DNA of 64,000 nt from Octopus sinensis (GCF_006345805.1 NC_043023.1:1674001-1738000), one strand, 5' to 3'. Shown: positions 13,019-25,714, counted from the first letter of the stretch. Notes: generated from the letters alone by a model not told the origin. Numbers and translations are program-made.

Positions 13019-13515
13019 ATTCTGTGCTGCATGGAATTTTGCCAGTATGGCCACACCACAATTCAACAATTCAATGATTGGAACCAGTGAAAATATTAAA
13101 GAATGTCAATATATGCGTGTGTGGGCATGCATGTAGTCTGAGTGTGTAAGGGTGTGTGTGTGTGTATATATATATATGTTTGTTTATACATACATTTCCT
13201 GACATTAAACATACACACACACCCACACACACACACATATATATATATATATGTAATAGAAATATGTTACGAAAAGAAAATATAAAATACACGTGGAAAT
13301 GTAATGGTAAAATATGAAAAATCAACGAAAATGCATATTGCAAATAAAAAAAGGCTATTTATGACAGGTAGTGACAAATATATACATTTAGATTGACTGA
13401 GGTAGTAAAACAAGTCCTAAAAGTCATTATTATGAGATGATTATAAGATGATAATAAAGTAAGAGAACAAAACGAACCAATGGTTTATATATATATATAT
13501 ATATTCTTTTACTTG

Positions 13516-13548
<33 letters not shown>

Positions 13549-13551
<3 letters not shown>

Positions 13552-14332
13552 TGCAAGAATGGCTGTGTGGTAAGTTTGCTTGCTTCCCAACCACATGGTT
13601 CTGGTTTCAGTCCCAGCCTCGAACCAACAAAAGCCTTGTGAGTGGATTTGGCAGACGGAAACTGAAAGAAAGCCATCAAATATATATGTATATATTTATG
13701 TGTGTGTGTGTGTGTATGTATTTGTTCCCCACTCCATCGCTTGACAACTGGTATTGGTTTGTTTACATTCCTGTAAATTAACAGTTCAGCAAAAGAGACT
13801 GATAGAATAAGTGCTAGGCTTACAAAAAATAAGTCTTGGGGTCGATTTCTTCAACTAAAAACCTTTTAAGGTAGTGCTCCAGCATGACCACAGTCAAATG
13901 ACTGAAACATCATCATCATCGTTTAACATCCGCTTTCCATGCTGGCATGGGTTGGACAGTGCAACTGGAGTCTGGGAAGCCCAAAGGCTGCACCAGGCCC
14001 AGTCTGCTCTGGCAGTGTTTCTACAGCTGGATGCCCTTTCTAACGCCAACCACTCTGAGAGTGTAGTGGGTGCTTTTTATGTGCCACCAACACAGGTGCC
14101 AGACGAGGCTGGCGAACGGCCATGCTCAGATGGTGCTTTTTACGTGCCACCGGCAAGGAGGCCAGGTGAGGCTGGCAATGGCCATGATCGGATGGTGTTT
14201 GTTACGTGCCACCGGCATGGAGGCCAGTCAATGCGGTCCTGGCTACAGCCACGTTCGCATGGCTCTCTTACGTGCCACCGGCACTGGTATCACAACTACA
14301 AATTCCATTGATGTTGATCAACAAGTAAAAGA
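13549..14332 (+). mobile_element. SINE family A whose tail is interrupted by a minus-strand family C element (~13910-14319)
   Basis: Tail split as gactgaaaca | insert | aacaagtaaaaga, with aaca duplicated. Confidence 0.8.
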
Positions 14333-14349
14333 ATGTATATATATATATA

Positions 14350-14514
14350 GGTGCAGGAGTGGCTGTGTGGTAAGTAGCTTGCTAACCAACCACATGGTTC
14401 CAGGTTCAGTCCCACTGCATAGCACCTTGGGCAAGTGTCTTCTGCTATAGCCCCGGGCCGACCAATGCCTTTTGAGTGGACTTGGTAGACGGAAACTGAA
14501 AGAAGCCTGTCGTA

Positions 14515-14565
<51 letters not shown>

Positions 14566-14766
14566 TTGTGTTTGTCCCCCTAGCATTGCTTGACAACCGA
14601 TGCTGGTGTGTTTACGTCTCCGTCACTTAGCGGTTCGGCAAAAGAGACCGATAGAATAAGTACTGGGCTTACAAAGAATAAGACCCGGGGTCGATTTGCT
14701 CGACAAAAGGCGGTGCTCCAGCATGGCCGCAGTCAGATGACTGAAACAAGTAAAAGAGTAAAGAGT
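14350..14766 (+). mobile_element. tRNA-derived SINE family A
   Basis: Full-length match. Confidence 0.9.
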
Positions 14767-15079
14767 ATACATATATATGTGCATGTTTAATGTCAGGAAA
14801 TGTATGTATAAACAAACAGAACACTTTGAGTAGCTCCAGCCCAGAATCACTGACCTCGTGCAAGTTGTTTGTATATACACTCTGTATGTTATTTCATCTG
14901 ATTATATACATCACATCCTGCTGCATCAGCTATGAGAACTTAGGTGTTTTATCTGCATACATACACAGATGTGCATGTGTGTGTGTGGATGTGTGCATGT
15001 TCACATCTCTTTACCCATATATCTTTTTACCTCTCTCTCTGGTTCTCTGTTTTACAAATCCATCTGTGTACCTATATAC

Positions 15080-15560
15080 TTATCTATCTATCTATCTATC
15101 TATCTATCAATCTGCCTGTCTGTCTGTCTATCATATCAGTCTATCTCTCTCTCTATCGATCTGTCTATCTATCTATCTGTCTATCTATCTCATCTATCTA
15201 TCTATCTCACCTATCTATCATATTTGTCTATCTATCTATCAATCATATTTGTCTATCTATCTATCTATATCTCTCTCTCTCTCTATCTATCTATCTATCA
15301 TTCTATCTGTCTATCTATCTATCTATCTATCATCTCTCTATCTATCTATCTATCTATCATTTCTCTATCTATCTCATCTATCTATCATATTTGTCTATCT
15401 ATCTATCTATCATATTTGTATATCTCTCTCTCTATCTATCTATTTATCAATCTGTATCTACATATCTATCCATTTGTCTGTCTCTATAACTATATCTATC
15501 TATCTATCTATCTATCTGTATGTCTGTCTGTCTATCTATCTGTCTCTATAACTATCTATC
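15080..15560. repeat. (TATC)n/(TGTC)n microsatellite
   Basis: Tetranucleotide tract. Confidence 0.95.
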
Positions 15561-15853
15561 TTATTTATTATTATCATTATTACTACTACCTCCTCCTCCA
15601 CCACCACTACATTTAATTTATACACTTACAAATGGTTGTGTCTATATGTGTAAATGAGAGTTCATCTCTATATGCAGAGATACACAGACACGTATTTTAC
15701 ATTAATAAACACTTTTAAAAGACCTTTACATTTTCAGATTCTTTTCCTTATATTTTTACTCATGCACTAACTCCCAACTTTACTTTACTTTACTTTGCTC
15801 TCCCTCCCTCCCTCTCTCTCTCTCTCTGTGTTTGTGTGTGAGAGAGAGAGAGA

Positions 15854-16271
15854 GAGCTGGCAGAAACATTATCACGCCGGGCGAAATGCTTAGCGGTATT
15901 TCGTCTGCCGCTACGTTCTGAGTTCAAATTCCGCCGAGGTCAACTTTACCTTTCATCCTTTCGGGGTCGATTAAATTAAATAAGTACCAGTTACGCACTG
16001 GGGTCGATATAATCGACTTAATCCGTTTGTCTGTCCTTGTTTGTCCCCTCTGTGTTTAGACCCTTGTGGGTAGTAAAAAAACAGGTATTTCGCCTGCCGT
16101 TACATTCTGAGTTCATATTCCGCCGAGGTCGACTTTGCCTTTCATCCTTTTGGGGTCAATTAAATAAGTACCAGTTACATACTGGGGTCGATGTAATCGA
16201 TTTAATCCGTTTGTTTGTCCTTGTTTGTCCATTCTGTGTTTAGCCCCTTGTGGGCAGTAAAGAAAGATAGG
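15854..16271 (+). mobile_element. tRNA-derived SINE family B (central domain resembling the Meta domain), internal tandem duplication
   Basis: gagctggcaga..gagttcaaatt B-box; gactttgcctttcatcctt(tc)ggggtc domain; second unit restarts at ggtatttcg (16084). Confidence 0.8.
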
Positions 16272-16379
16272 TGTGTGTGTGTGTGTTAATTATGCCAGGA
16301 CTGATACGAAATCCATCTGTACTGGCTGAAAATCAAAATCACATAAAATGACGTACTCCGAGGGGTACTGTATAAATGA

Positions 16380-17590
16380 AAGCTGGGATGGTCATAGCTG
16401 GAACATCTTTGATCATTGGTCTACTGGACCAGGACTGACCTGGGGTTCAACGGCAACAAGTATAGCCATTAATATTATACTATACATTCGATAACGTTGT
16501 TGTTGATACGCTCTGTGTGAATGAAAGATTAGATGGTCACAGATGGAACGTCTTTGATTATAGGAGGACTGCAGGGTCAGTAATGACCTGGGGTTAAAAA
16601 AAGATAACAACAACTATAGACTTTAATACTAACTACTATTAGATAATGTAGTCCTAGATACACTATGCCTGAATAAAAGGTTGGAAGGTCACAGGTGGAA
16701 CATCTCTGATCACAGGTCTGCTGGATCAGGACTGACTTGGGGCTAAACAGCAACTATAGTCACTAATACTAACTACTATAGTATACATTAGGTAAATTTA
16801 GTCCTAGATACATCTTCAGTAAAAAGGTGTAATGGTCACGTTTGGAATGTCTGATCATAAACCTGCTGGATGAAGACAGATTTGGGGCTGAAAAAAATAA
16901 ACAACCGTAGCCACTTATATAAACTACTATACTATACATTAGATACTGTAGTCCTAGATACACTATGTCTGAATAAAAGATGGGATTGTCAGAGCTGGAA
17001 CATCTTTGATCATAGATCTGCTGGATTAGGACTGACATGGGGCTAAGCAACAAGAACAACAACAACCATAACCACTAATACAGACTACAATACTATACAT
17101 TAGATAATGTAGTCCTAGATACACCATGCCTGAATAAAAGATGGGATGGTCACAGCTGGAACATCTTTGATCATAGGCAAACTGGATCAGGACTGACCTG
17201 GGGCTAAACAACGACAACCACAACAATCATAACCACTAATACAGACTACAATACTATACATTAGATAATGTAGTCCTAGATTCACTATGCCTGAATAAAA
17301 GATGGGATGGTCACAGCTGGAACATCTTTGATCATAGATCTGCTGGATCAGGATGGACCTAGGGTTAAACAACAATAACAACTATAACCAACTACTTTAC
17401 AGTACATTAGATAATGTAGTCCTAGATACACTATGTCTAAACAAGAGGTAAGACCTGTCTGATCATAGGATCTCTATAGGATCAGGATTGACCTGGGGCC
17501 AAAATAGCAACGACTGAAACCAATTATACGAACCACTATACTATGCCTGATTAAAAGACTGGATGGTCACAGCTGGATCCCACCTAGCCT
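16380..17590 (+). repeat. ~150-160-bp tandem array (~8 units) of a dispersed repeat
   Basis: Unit gtcctagatacactatgcctgaataaaagatgggatggtcacagctggaacatctttgatcatag..; the same motif is on the minus strand at ~8910-9030, 35010-35290, 35820-36210 and 36650-36795. Confidence 0.85.
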
Positions 17591-17943
17591 AGGGCTAATG
17601 AACAAGCACAAACAGTGATTGAATATAGGTGTTATTTACATGAAATTACCAAAATTCGTTAACGAAGCTAATTCGAGAAGAATATTTATGGCTAATTAAC
17701 ATTTTAATATAAAATTTAATGCTATTCGATCTCATCAATTGTTAATATTTGATTGAGGGCTTGACCTCCCTTGTCGTATACAGTTTCAGACACACACATT
17801 TTATACATACAGATGCATATATATACATACATACACACACATATATATATAAATATATATACTAGATATTCACATATATACATGTGTTTCTGTGTGTCTA
17901 TTATTTCTTGTATGTTTGTGAGTGTGTGTCTGTGTGTGTGTGT

Positions 17944-17978
<35 letters not shown>

Positions 17979-18481
17979 GCAGATATGTATGTATGTATAA
18001 ATATACAAATATACACTGGCAACAATATACGCACTTGTGCATACACATAACAGTTTATATTTAGGTGTGTGTCTGTGCATTTGTTTGCATATTTGTGCAC
18101 ATAGAGAGCGAGTATATATGCATGTGTGTGTGTGTATTTATATGTATAATATATATATGTATATATATGTATGTGTGCATAATATATATATATATCTATG
18201 TGTAAATAAGGTCTGTCTATGTGTATGTGTGTGTATGTAAACACACATTCATGCACACATATAGATAAGCATTATGCAAAATGTGCATGGAAAGCCTGCT
18301 TGTACTTTTCAGTATCGACCCCAAAGGCATGAAGGGCAAAGCTGACCTCAGTAGGATTTGAACTCACAAGTGCAGACAGCCAGAACGAACTTCCCAACCT
18401 CTTATGTCCTAGATTGTAATAAGTCTGCCACAAATAAATGGATTGGTGAGTGTGTAATTTCACAAAGAAAAGTAATCAATA

Positions 18482-18910
18482 GGTGCAGGAGTGGCTGTGT
18501 GGTAAGAAGCTTGCTTACCAACCGCATGGTTCCGGGTTCAGTCCCACTGTGTGGCACTTTCAGCAAGTGTCTTCTACTATTGCCTTGGGCCAACCAAAGC
18601 CTTGTGAGTGGATTGGTAAACGGAATACACCAGTACTATAATGGATACTTCTATCCCTTAGGCAGTTATTTTAACCTCTAATTCAGCTAACTTCATGTGT
18701 GTGTGTATTTGTGTGTCTGTGTTTGTCCCCCCACCATCACTTGACAACAGATGTTAGTGTGCTTACTTCCCAATGACTTAGTGGCCCGGCGAAAGAGACC
18801 GATAGAATACGTACTAGGCTCACAAAGAATGAGTCCTGAGGTCGATTAGTTCAACTGAAGGCAGTGCTCCAGCATGACTGCAGTTAAATGACTGAAACAA
18901 GTAAAAGAGT
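18482..18910 (+). mobile_element. tRNA-derived SINE family A
   Basis: Head and tail match; middle replaced. Confidence 0.8.
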
Positions 18911-18957
18911 AATATATGGAGTAGACATATGCAAACTTAAATGCATATTTGTGTATA

Positions 18958-18997
<40 letters not shown>

Positions 18998-19142
18998 TAT
19001 ACATACACACATCTATATATATACATATATATACCTCATATGTTCTTAAAATTTAAATCTACATCTTTGTCTGTATATCTACCTTCTCTATAATGTTGCT
19101 ACTTGATTTGAAACTTTTTGTATTAATGGAAAACCTCTATAA

Positions 19143-19228
19143 TTGGCTGATGAGTACTCAGCATCTTAAATCTGTTGTAATACTTACAACATTTAATAAA
19201 ATGATGTAGTACGAAACGATCGTACCAA
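19143..19228 (+). ncRNA. Type-I hammerhead ribozyme, intact core, extended helix II
   Basis: uugg CUGAUGA guacu...(long stem-loop)...aguac GAAA cgauc GUA ccaa; palindromic helix III ACGAUCGU. Confidence 0.8.
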
Positions 19229-19319
19229 ATTACCGGAGTCATTCTTGTTGCTTATTTTGATTATATATATATATATATACACATACACACACACATATAT
19301 ACATGTGTGTGTGTGTGTG

Positions 19320-19595
19320 GTGTGTGATACACCGTGCATTTGAAGACCCATTGAGCCAAGTGAGACTGTAGTCATGGCCGATGCCAGTGCCGTCTGATTG
19401 GCATCTCTGCCAGTGGCACGTAAAAAACACCCACTACATTCTCGGAGTGATTGGCATCAGGAAAGGCATTCAGCCATAAAGACCTTTGCCAAATTAGATC
19501 AGGACCTGGTGCAGTTCCCCAGCTTACCAGTTTTCAGTCAAACTATCCAACCAATGCCAGCATGGAAAACAGACAAATGATGATGACGATGACAA
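19320..19595 (+). mobile_element. Family C retroelement
   Basis: ggcatcaggaaaggcattcagcc..ccaaccaatgccagcatggaaaa..(gat)n. Confidence 0.7.
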
Positions 19596-19608
19596 AGATG
19601 ATGTGTAC

Positions 19609-19654
<46 letters not shown>

Positions 19655-19666
<12 letters not shown>

Positions 19667-19830
19667 AAATCCATTCTGTCTGTCTGTGTGTGTGTCTTCT
19701 AGGATCTCGGGCATCCTCCATCCGATTGCGCTCAAATTTTATATGTAGATACTGACTGTATCAGGGCGTGTATAGGTCTTGAAAAAATTACAAAAATCGA
19801 TTCCAGGTGAGAATGCAATCGATAAAGCCA
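19655..19830 (+). mobile_element. Helitron-like 5' fragment
   Basis: tatataaaa..ctgtctgtctgtgtg..ccgattgcgctcaaattt, the same 5' architecture as the Helitrons at 51-57 kb. Confidence 0.5.
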
Positions 19831-19869
19831 TTCTCCCAGTCAACAGCCTTATCATTACTGGTACTTTAA

Positions 19870-20089
19870 CCCTTTAGTGTTTAAACCGGCCAAATCTGGC
19901 CCAGATATTCTACATATTTTATATTCAAACTGGTAATATCTAGCCCCTCACACCTACCCGACAATGTCATTCTAAATATAAACAATCACATCATTGAAAC
20001 CTCAAAGCTATAAGATAATGCATGATTAATTCAAAACAATTTGAGTGGAAAAGCATTACATTTAACAGAGTAATCTGAACACTAAAGGG
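19870..20089. mobile_element. piggyBac-like MITE
   Basis: TTAA|CCCTTTAGTGTT...AACACTAAAGGG|TTAA. Confidence 0.85.
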
Positions 20090-20518
20090 TTAAACTCTTT
20101 GGTTGCATATTTGCGTGAATAAAATCGCTTTTCTTTGGAATAGAAAAAAAGTCTATCTTTATTTCTTCTTTTGCTGGTGTCTCAAATCAGTGTTTCTCAA
20201 AGGGGAGGCCTATGGGATGGTCGGACAAGTTGTTTTGAGAAAATTTGGTTTAGATGTTTGACAACACAGAACCATCCATTGGACGGAGGATGTTTTGCTC
20301 ATATATATATAAACAAGGATACGATATAAATTTATATATTTATTTCACCATTATATTCACTGAGGTGGTATTCTGACCATATCACACGAGGAGTTTTAGG
20401 CAAGCAATTTAAACTGGTCATGTGCATACGTGCTTATATATGTATGTATACATTTGTATATGTAAGTATATTATATGTTGTATACATATATATTTGTATT
20501 TATGTGCTATCTGAATAT

Positions 20519-20577
20519 ATTCCACTGATGAAGGCAAAGCATTTCTTATGCAGATCCAGAAATCTGGGATCTGGAAT
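20519..20577 (+). ncRNA. Minimal type-I hammerhead motif
   Basis: auucca CUGAUGA aggcaaagcauuucuuaugcagaucca GAAA ucugggA UC uggaau; 6-bp helix I. Confidence 0.65.
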
Positions 20578-20623
20578 TATCCAGTAATTTTTTTGCTAGT
20601 TTATTTTATCTCTTTGTCTTCTC

Positions 20624-20723
20624 NNNNNNNNNNNNNNNNNNNNNNNNNNNNNNNNNNNNNNNNNNNNNNNNNNNNNNNNNNNNNNNNNNNNNNNNNNNNN
20701 NNNNNNNNNNNNNNNNNNNNNNN
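20624..20723. other. Assembly gap (100 N)
   Basis: Run of N. Confidence 1.
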
Positions 20724-20852
20724 TACATTATATATATACATACATACATAGATACATACATATACATACATACATACATACATACATACATACATACATA
20801 CATACATACATACATACATACATACATACATACATACATACATACATACGTA

Positions 20853-21254
20853 GGCGCAGGAGTGGCTGTGTGGTAAGTAGCTTGTTTACCAACCACATTG
20901 TTCCGGGTTCAGTCCCACTGCGTCGCACCTTGGGCAAGTGTCTTCTACTATAGCCTCGGGCCGACCAAAGCCTTGTAAGTGGATTTGGTAGACGGAAACT
21001 GAAAGAAGCCCGTCGTATATATGTATATATATGCGTGTGTGTGTTTGTGTGTCTGTGTTTGTTCCCCTAGCATTGCTTGACAACCGATGCTGGTGTGTTT
21101 ATGTCCCCGTTACTTAGCGGTTCAGCAAAAGAGACTGATAGAATAAGTACTGGGCTTACAAAAGAATAAGTCCCGGGATCGAGCTGCTTGATTAAAGGCG
21201 GTGCTCCAGCATGGCCGCAGTCAAATGACTGAAACAAGTAAAAGAGTAAAGAGT
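20853..21254 (+). mobile_element. tRNA-derived SINE family A
   Basis: Full-length match. Confidence 0.9.
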
Positions 21255-21705
21255 AATATATATATATATACACATACATACACAATGGGCTTCTTTCAGT
21301 TTCCATCTTCCAAATCCACTCACAAGGTTTTGGTCTGCCGAAGCCAAAGAAGGCACTTACTCAAGGTGCTACGCAGGGGGGACAGCCATGCTGGAGCACC
21401 ACCTTGAAGGATTTTAGTCAAACAAATTGGCCTGAGGAATTATTTTTTAAAGCCAAGTACTTATTCTATCAGTCTCTTTAGCTGAACTGCTAAGTTATGG
21501 GGGCCCTAGACACAACAGCATAACTTATCAAGAAATGGGGGGTGGGACAAACACAGACAAAAAGACACGTAGATACATGCACAGACACATAAATATGTGT
21601 GTGTGTGTGCATGTGTGTATTTTTGTGATGATTTAAAATGGTTGGATAATTAAGCATCTCTTTGCAGCATATTGGCTAGATAATTATATATGCATGTGTG
21701 TGTGG

Positions 21706-21738
<33 letters not shown>

Positions 21739-21892
21739 AAGTGAGATAGGGATTGTGAGTGTAACCCACTATGGGATATCATTTATCCAATATACTATAT
21801 ATATGTGTGTATGTATGTGTGTGAGTGTATGTGTATATATGTATGCATATATATATGTGCATATATGTAGATATATATATTATATATATATA

Positions 21893-21925
<33 letters not shown>

Positions 21926-22037
21926 GTATATAATATATGTATATATATATATGTATATATGTGTTTATATATATAATATATATATGTGCATATATATATA
22001 TAATCAAAATAAACAACGAGGATATCCAAAGGTATTG

Positions 22038-22121
22038 TAGTACAATCATTTCATGCTACTTCATTTAATTAAACAATGTAAGTATTACATCAGTTTTAAA
22101 ATGTAGAGCACTCTTCAGCCT
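22038..22121 (-). ncRNA. Hammerhead motif of the 19.1-kb family, decayed
   Basis: agg CUGAAGA gugcu..gauguaauacuuacauu..agcau GAAA ugauu GUA cua; shares the loop and 3' flank with 19143-19260. Confidence 0.55.
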
Positions 22122-22239
22122 TATTGCTTATTTTGATTATAATCACCCCATCTGATTTATATGGATAATACCATACCAAATTCTGGTGCCTTTAACTTAA
22201 GTACCATATTAAAATCAAAAACAGAAAACAAAGGACATC

Positions 22240-22330
22240 GCGGTTCACGTGTTTCAAGCTTTATAAATGACCTGTTCTTACATGAGTGTATAATAGATAT
22301 AAAAGATGGTTTAAAGCTCTCTTCAGCCGC
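22240..22330 (-). ncRNA. Hammerhead motif with large loop II and U16.1 mutated
   Basis: gcgg CUGAAGA gagcuuu...aaagcuu GAAA cacgug AA ccgc. Confidence 0.55.
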
Positions 22331-22478
22331 ATACATTGTCATTCCAAAGAGTTACACCATATTATAAAAAATATGAAAAGTACATGAAGTATTACCCATT
22401 ATAATAGGTATATTATATCTCCCTGAGAAAGTGTATTTGTAAAATTTTGTGACTGTATAACTGAAATTTTACAAATAC

Positions 22479-22550
22479 AGGAAACTAGGGATAGATGAGT
22501 GGTTGGTGAGAGCAGTACAAACCATGTACAGGGATGGTGTCAGTAAGGTG
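22479..22550 (+). pseudogene. RTE-like LINE reverse-transcriptase fragment
   Basis: Translates RKLGIDEWLVRAVQTMYRDGVSKV, typical of RTE-clade RT. Confidence 0.7.
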
Positions 22551-22558
22551 AATTCCAG

Positions 22559-23280
22559 GTCTGTGGAATACTCAACCACCAACATGTTAATTTTACGAGC
22601 AGGCTATTCTGTTGATCGGATCACCTGGAGCCCTCATTAGTGGAAGCAGGTGACTCAGTCACCAGGTTGTCACACTTAGGATCATAAGATTGTAGTTTCA
22701 ATTCCTGAACCAGGGGATGCATTGTGGCCTTGAGCAAGACACTTTACTTCACATTGCTCCAGTCCACTCACCTGGCAAAAATGAGTTGTACCTGTCTTTC
22801 AAGAGGGCCAGCCTTGTCATATTCTGTGTTACTCTGAATGTCCCTGAGAACTACATTAAGGGTACGTGTGTCTGTGGAATACTCAGCCACTTGCATGTTA
22901 ATTTTACGAGCAGGCTGTTCTGTTGATCGGATCACCTGGAACCCTCATTAGTGGAAGCAGGTGACTCAGTCACCAGGGTGTCACACTTATGATTATAAGA
23001 TTGTAGTTTCAATTCCTGAACCAGGGGATGCATTGTGGCCTTGAGCAAGACACTTTACTTCACGTTGCTCCAGTATACTCAGCTTTCAAAATGAGTTGTA
23101 TCAGTAATTGAAAAGGGCCAGCCTTGTCATATTTTGTGTTATTCTCAATCTCCCTGAGGACTACGTAAGGGTACACATGTCTGTGGAGTACTCAACCACT
23201 TGCATGTTAATTTCATAAGCAGGCTGTTCCATTGATCAAATCAACTGGAACCCGCATCATCGTAATCGATGGAGTGCCAC
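22559..23280 (+). mobile_element. CORE-type SINE, ~311-bp head-to-tail tandem (2.3 units)
   Basis: CORE-like ccttgagcaagacactttacttcacattgctccagtccactca..aaaaatgagt; unit restarts at 22640 and 22951. Confidence 0.75.
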
Positions 23281-23793
23281 CGTTTCAGTGTCTGTCTGAA
23301 AGCATGGAAGGAAACCACTTTTGTTGGCTCTCTACGTATATAATTTCAAAAGTATTATAGCAACTGTCTCTCTCAAAGAACATTGCGCTATTCTTGAATT
23401 TTTCAACAGTCTTCACTTCGAATATTCCGAGACAATATTAGTTAATTACTGTAATTCCAATATGGAACAATTCCACACAGAAAATATTCATTGAGTCTTG
23501 ACTTGGAAATGGAAAATTGAAAAATATCAAAACAACTAATTCAGAGAATTTTGTCAAAGGAATTGAAATAAATAAACAATTCTTTCCCTTTCTCTTGTTC
23601 TTTCACACTCACTCTCTCTCTCACTCTTTCATGCTCTCTCTCTTTCAACTCTCTATCTATCTATCTAGCTAACTAGGTATTTGTCTGGCTGTCTATATCT
23701 GTCTTTCTTTCTTCTCTCTCTATGCATTTTACTGTCTGTCTGCATCTCTTCCACTCACACCCTCTCTGTCGTTATTTTAATATATATATCTAG

Positions 23794-23822
<29 letters not shown>

Positions 23823-23825
<3 letters not shown>

Positions 23826-23881
23826 AAATGTCAGACGATGAAAATGAGTGCTCAACTCCACATTGGTAGATAGAGCATATA

Positions 23882-23923
<42 letters not shown>

Positions 23924-23975
23924 TCTATCTACCAATGTGGAGTTGAGCACTCATTTTCATCGTCTGACATTTACA
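23823..23975. repeat. Perfect 54-bp inverted repeat around a (TA)n spacer
   Basis: 23823-23876 is the exact reverse complement of 23922-23975. Confidence 0.95.
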
Positions 23976-24763
23976 TATATATGTATGCGTATATGTGTGT
24001 GTATGTGTGCGCGCGCGCACACATGCCACTCTCGCTTTCTTTTCTTCTCTCTGTCAATCTTTCTTTTTGCTTCTTTCTCTTACTATCTCTGTCTCCTTAT
24101 GTTGCTATTTTTTGTGTGTTCTCCCTCCCCACTCTTGATTTTGCTTTGTCTCTCCCTCCTGACTTTCTCTCTACCCCCACCACTTTCTCTCTACCCCCAC
24201 CATCTCTCTCTCTCACTCTCAATAGTTTTCGCTGCTTTGGATACTTTATATTCACATCTTTATTAATTCTTCATTACAATTATAATTATTATTAGGAACC
24301 GTTAGCATGCCAGGTGAAATACTCAACAGCATTTCATCTATTTTTACATTCTGAGTTCAAATTCTGCCAAGGTCAACTTTGCCTTTCATCCTTTCAGTAT
24401 CAATAAATTAAGTACCAATCAAGTACTGGTTCGATATAATCTACAAGCTCCTTCCCTGAAAAATTCAGGCCTTCAGCCTATAGTAGAAAGGATTATTATT
24501 ATTATTATTATTATTATCATTGTTGGGGGTGCATGGCCTAGTGGTTAAGGTGTTGCACTCACAATTTAGCAAGCAGGATTTCAATTCCTAGACTAGGTAT
24601 TGCGTTGTGTTCTTTGCTTCAACACAGCAAATGTCTTCTCCAACACAGCAAATTTCCAAGGTCTCCATCACTTGTCATTGCCTCCATGTGACTCAACATC
24701 CAAAGATCACGCTTCACTACCTCATGCCATGTCTGCCTCTTCCACATTCAGAGAACATTATAT

Positions 24764-24986
24764 ATTTCTTTATTGCCTACAACGGGCTAAACATAGAGGG
24801 GACAAACAAGGACAGACAAAGGGATTAAGTCGATTATATCAACCCCCAGTGCGTAACTGGTACTTTATTTATCGACCCTGAAAGGATGAAAGGCAAAGTC
24901 AACATCGGCGGAATTTGAACTCGGAACGTAACGACAGACGAAATACGGCTGCGCATTTCGCCCGACGTGCTAACGTTTCTGCCAGC
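24764..24986 (-). mobile_element. SINE family B, monomer
   Basis: Reverse complement of the 15854 unit. Confidence 0.85.
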
Positions 24987-25714
24987 ACAAAAATGAAAGA
25001 TGGCATCGGAGGGGCTATGCATACCGTGTGCAGATCAATTCTTTCGCAAGTTATAGTGTAGCTTACCAATGCTTTTTAACTGAACTGAATTAAGCTTTGT
25101 AAGTGTTTGACTAAAAGAGGATTAGAAACCTAAAAATGATGAAATTAAGAAATCAACTCATAAATAAATGAAACCCTCGAATCTATCACTGTACGCATGC
25201 ATACACATGTACGTACATACATACAAACACACATTGTCATACCTATGTATTTACTTATACATTAAAAAGGGACTCCCAGAGAACCCAAAATACTTGAAAA
25301 CACATGCCACTCTCTCTGGGAGTCCCTTTTTAAAGTAGAAGAAATAGCTACGGTTTTGGCTGCTATTTCTAAACTTCGGTATGTGGTAAAGCAAATCTTT
25401 GCTGAACCCTAATTATTAAGTATTACTTAAGTTTACCGTGAAATGGTCCTTTTTTCATGCCGAATTCTACTTGGTGAAATTATTGATTACGTCTTAATTA
25501 ATTAATTTTACCATTTGTTATTATTTACTAAAACATAATTGAAATCAATTAATAAATAGATCTAAATGAATGTCTACAGGCTGATGTTTGTCGATTGATT
25601 ATCCTCTCCATTTTCTTATTTGCCTTATAAATTCTTGGTTTACCCCCACTCACACCTAGTATTCAATTGCAATACTGCCCTGCAACCATAAGCACTTGGA
25701 TATAAATATATACG

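Noticed and set aside
25067-25129. Minus-strand segment with a good acceptor and GTAAG donor, candidate STPG2 exon 2
   Set aside because: Stops in all three frames and no STPG2 similarity
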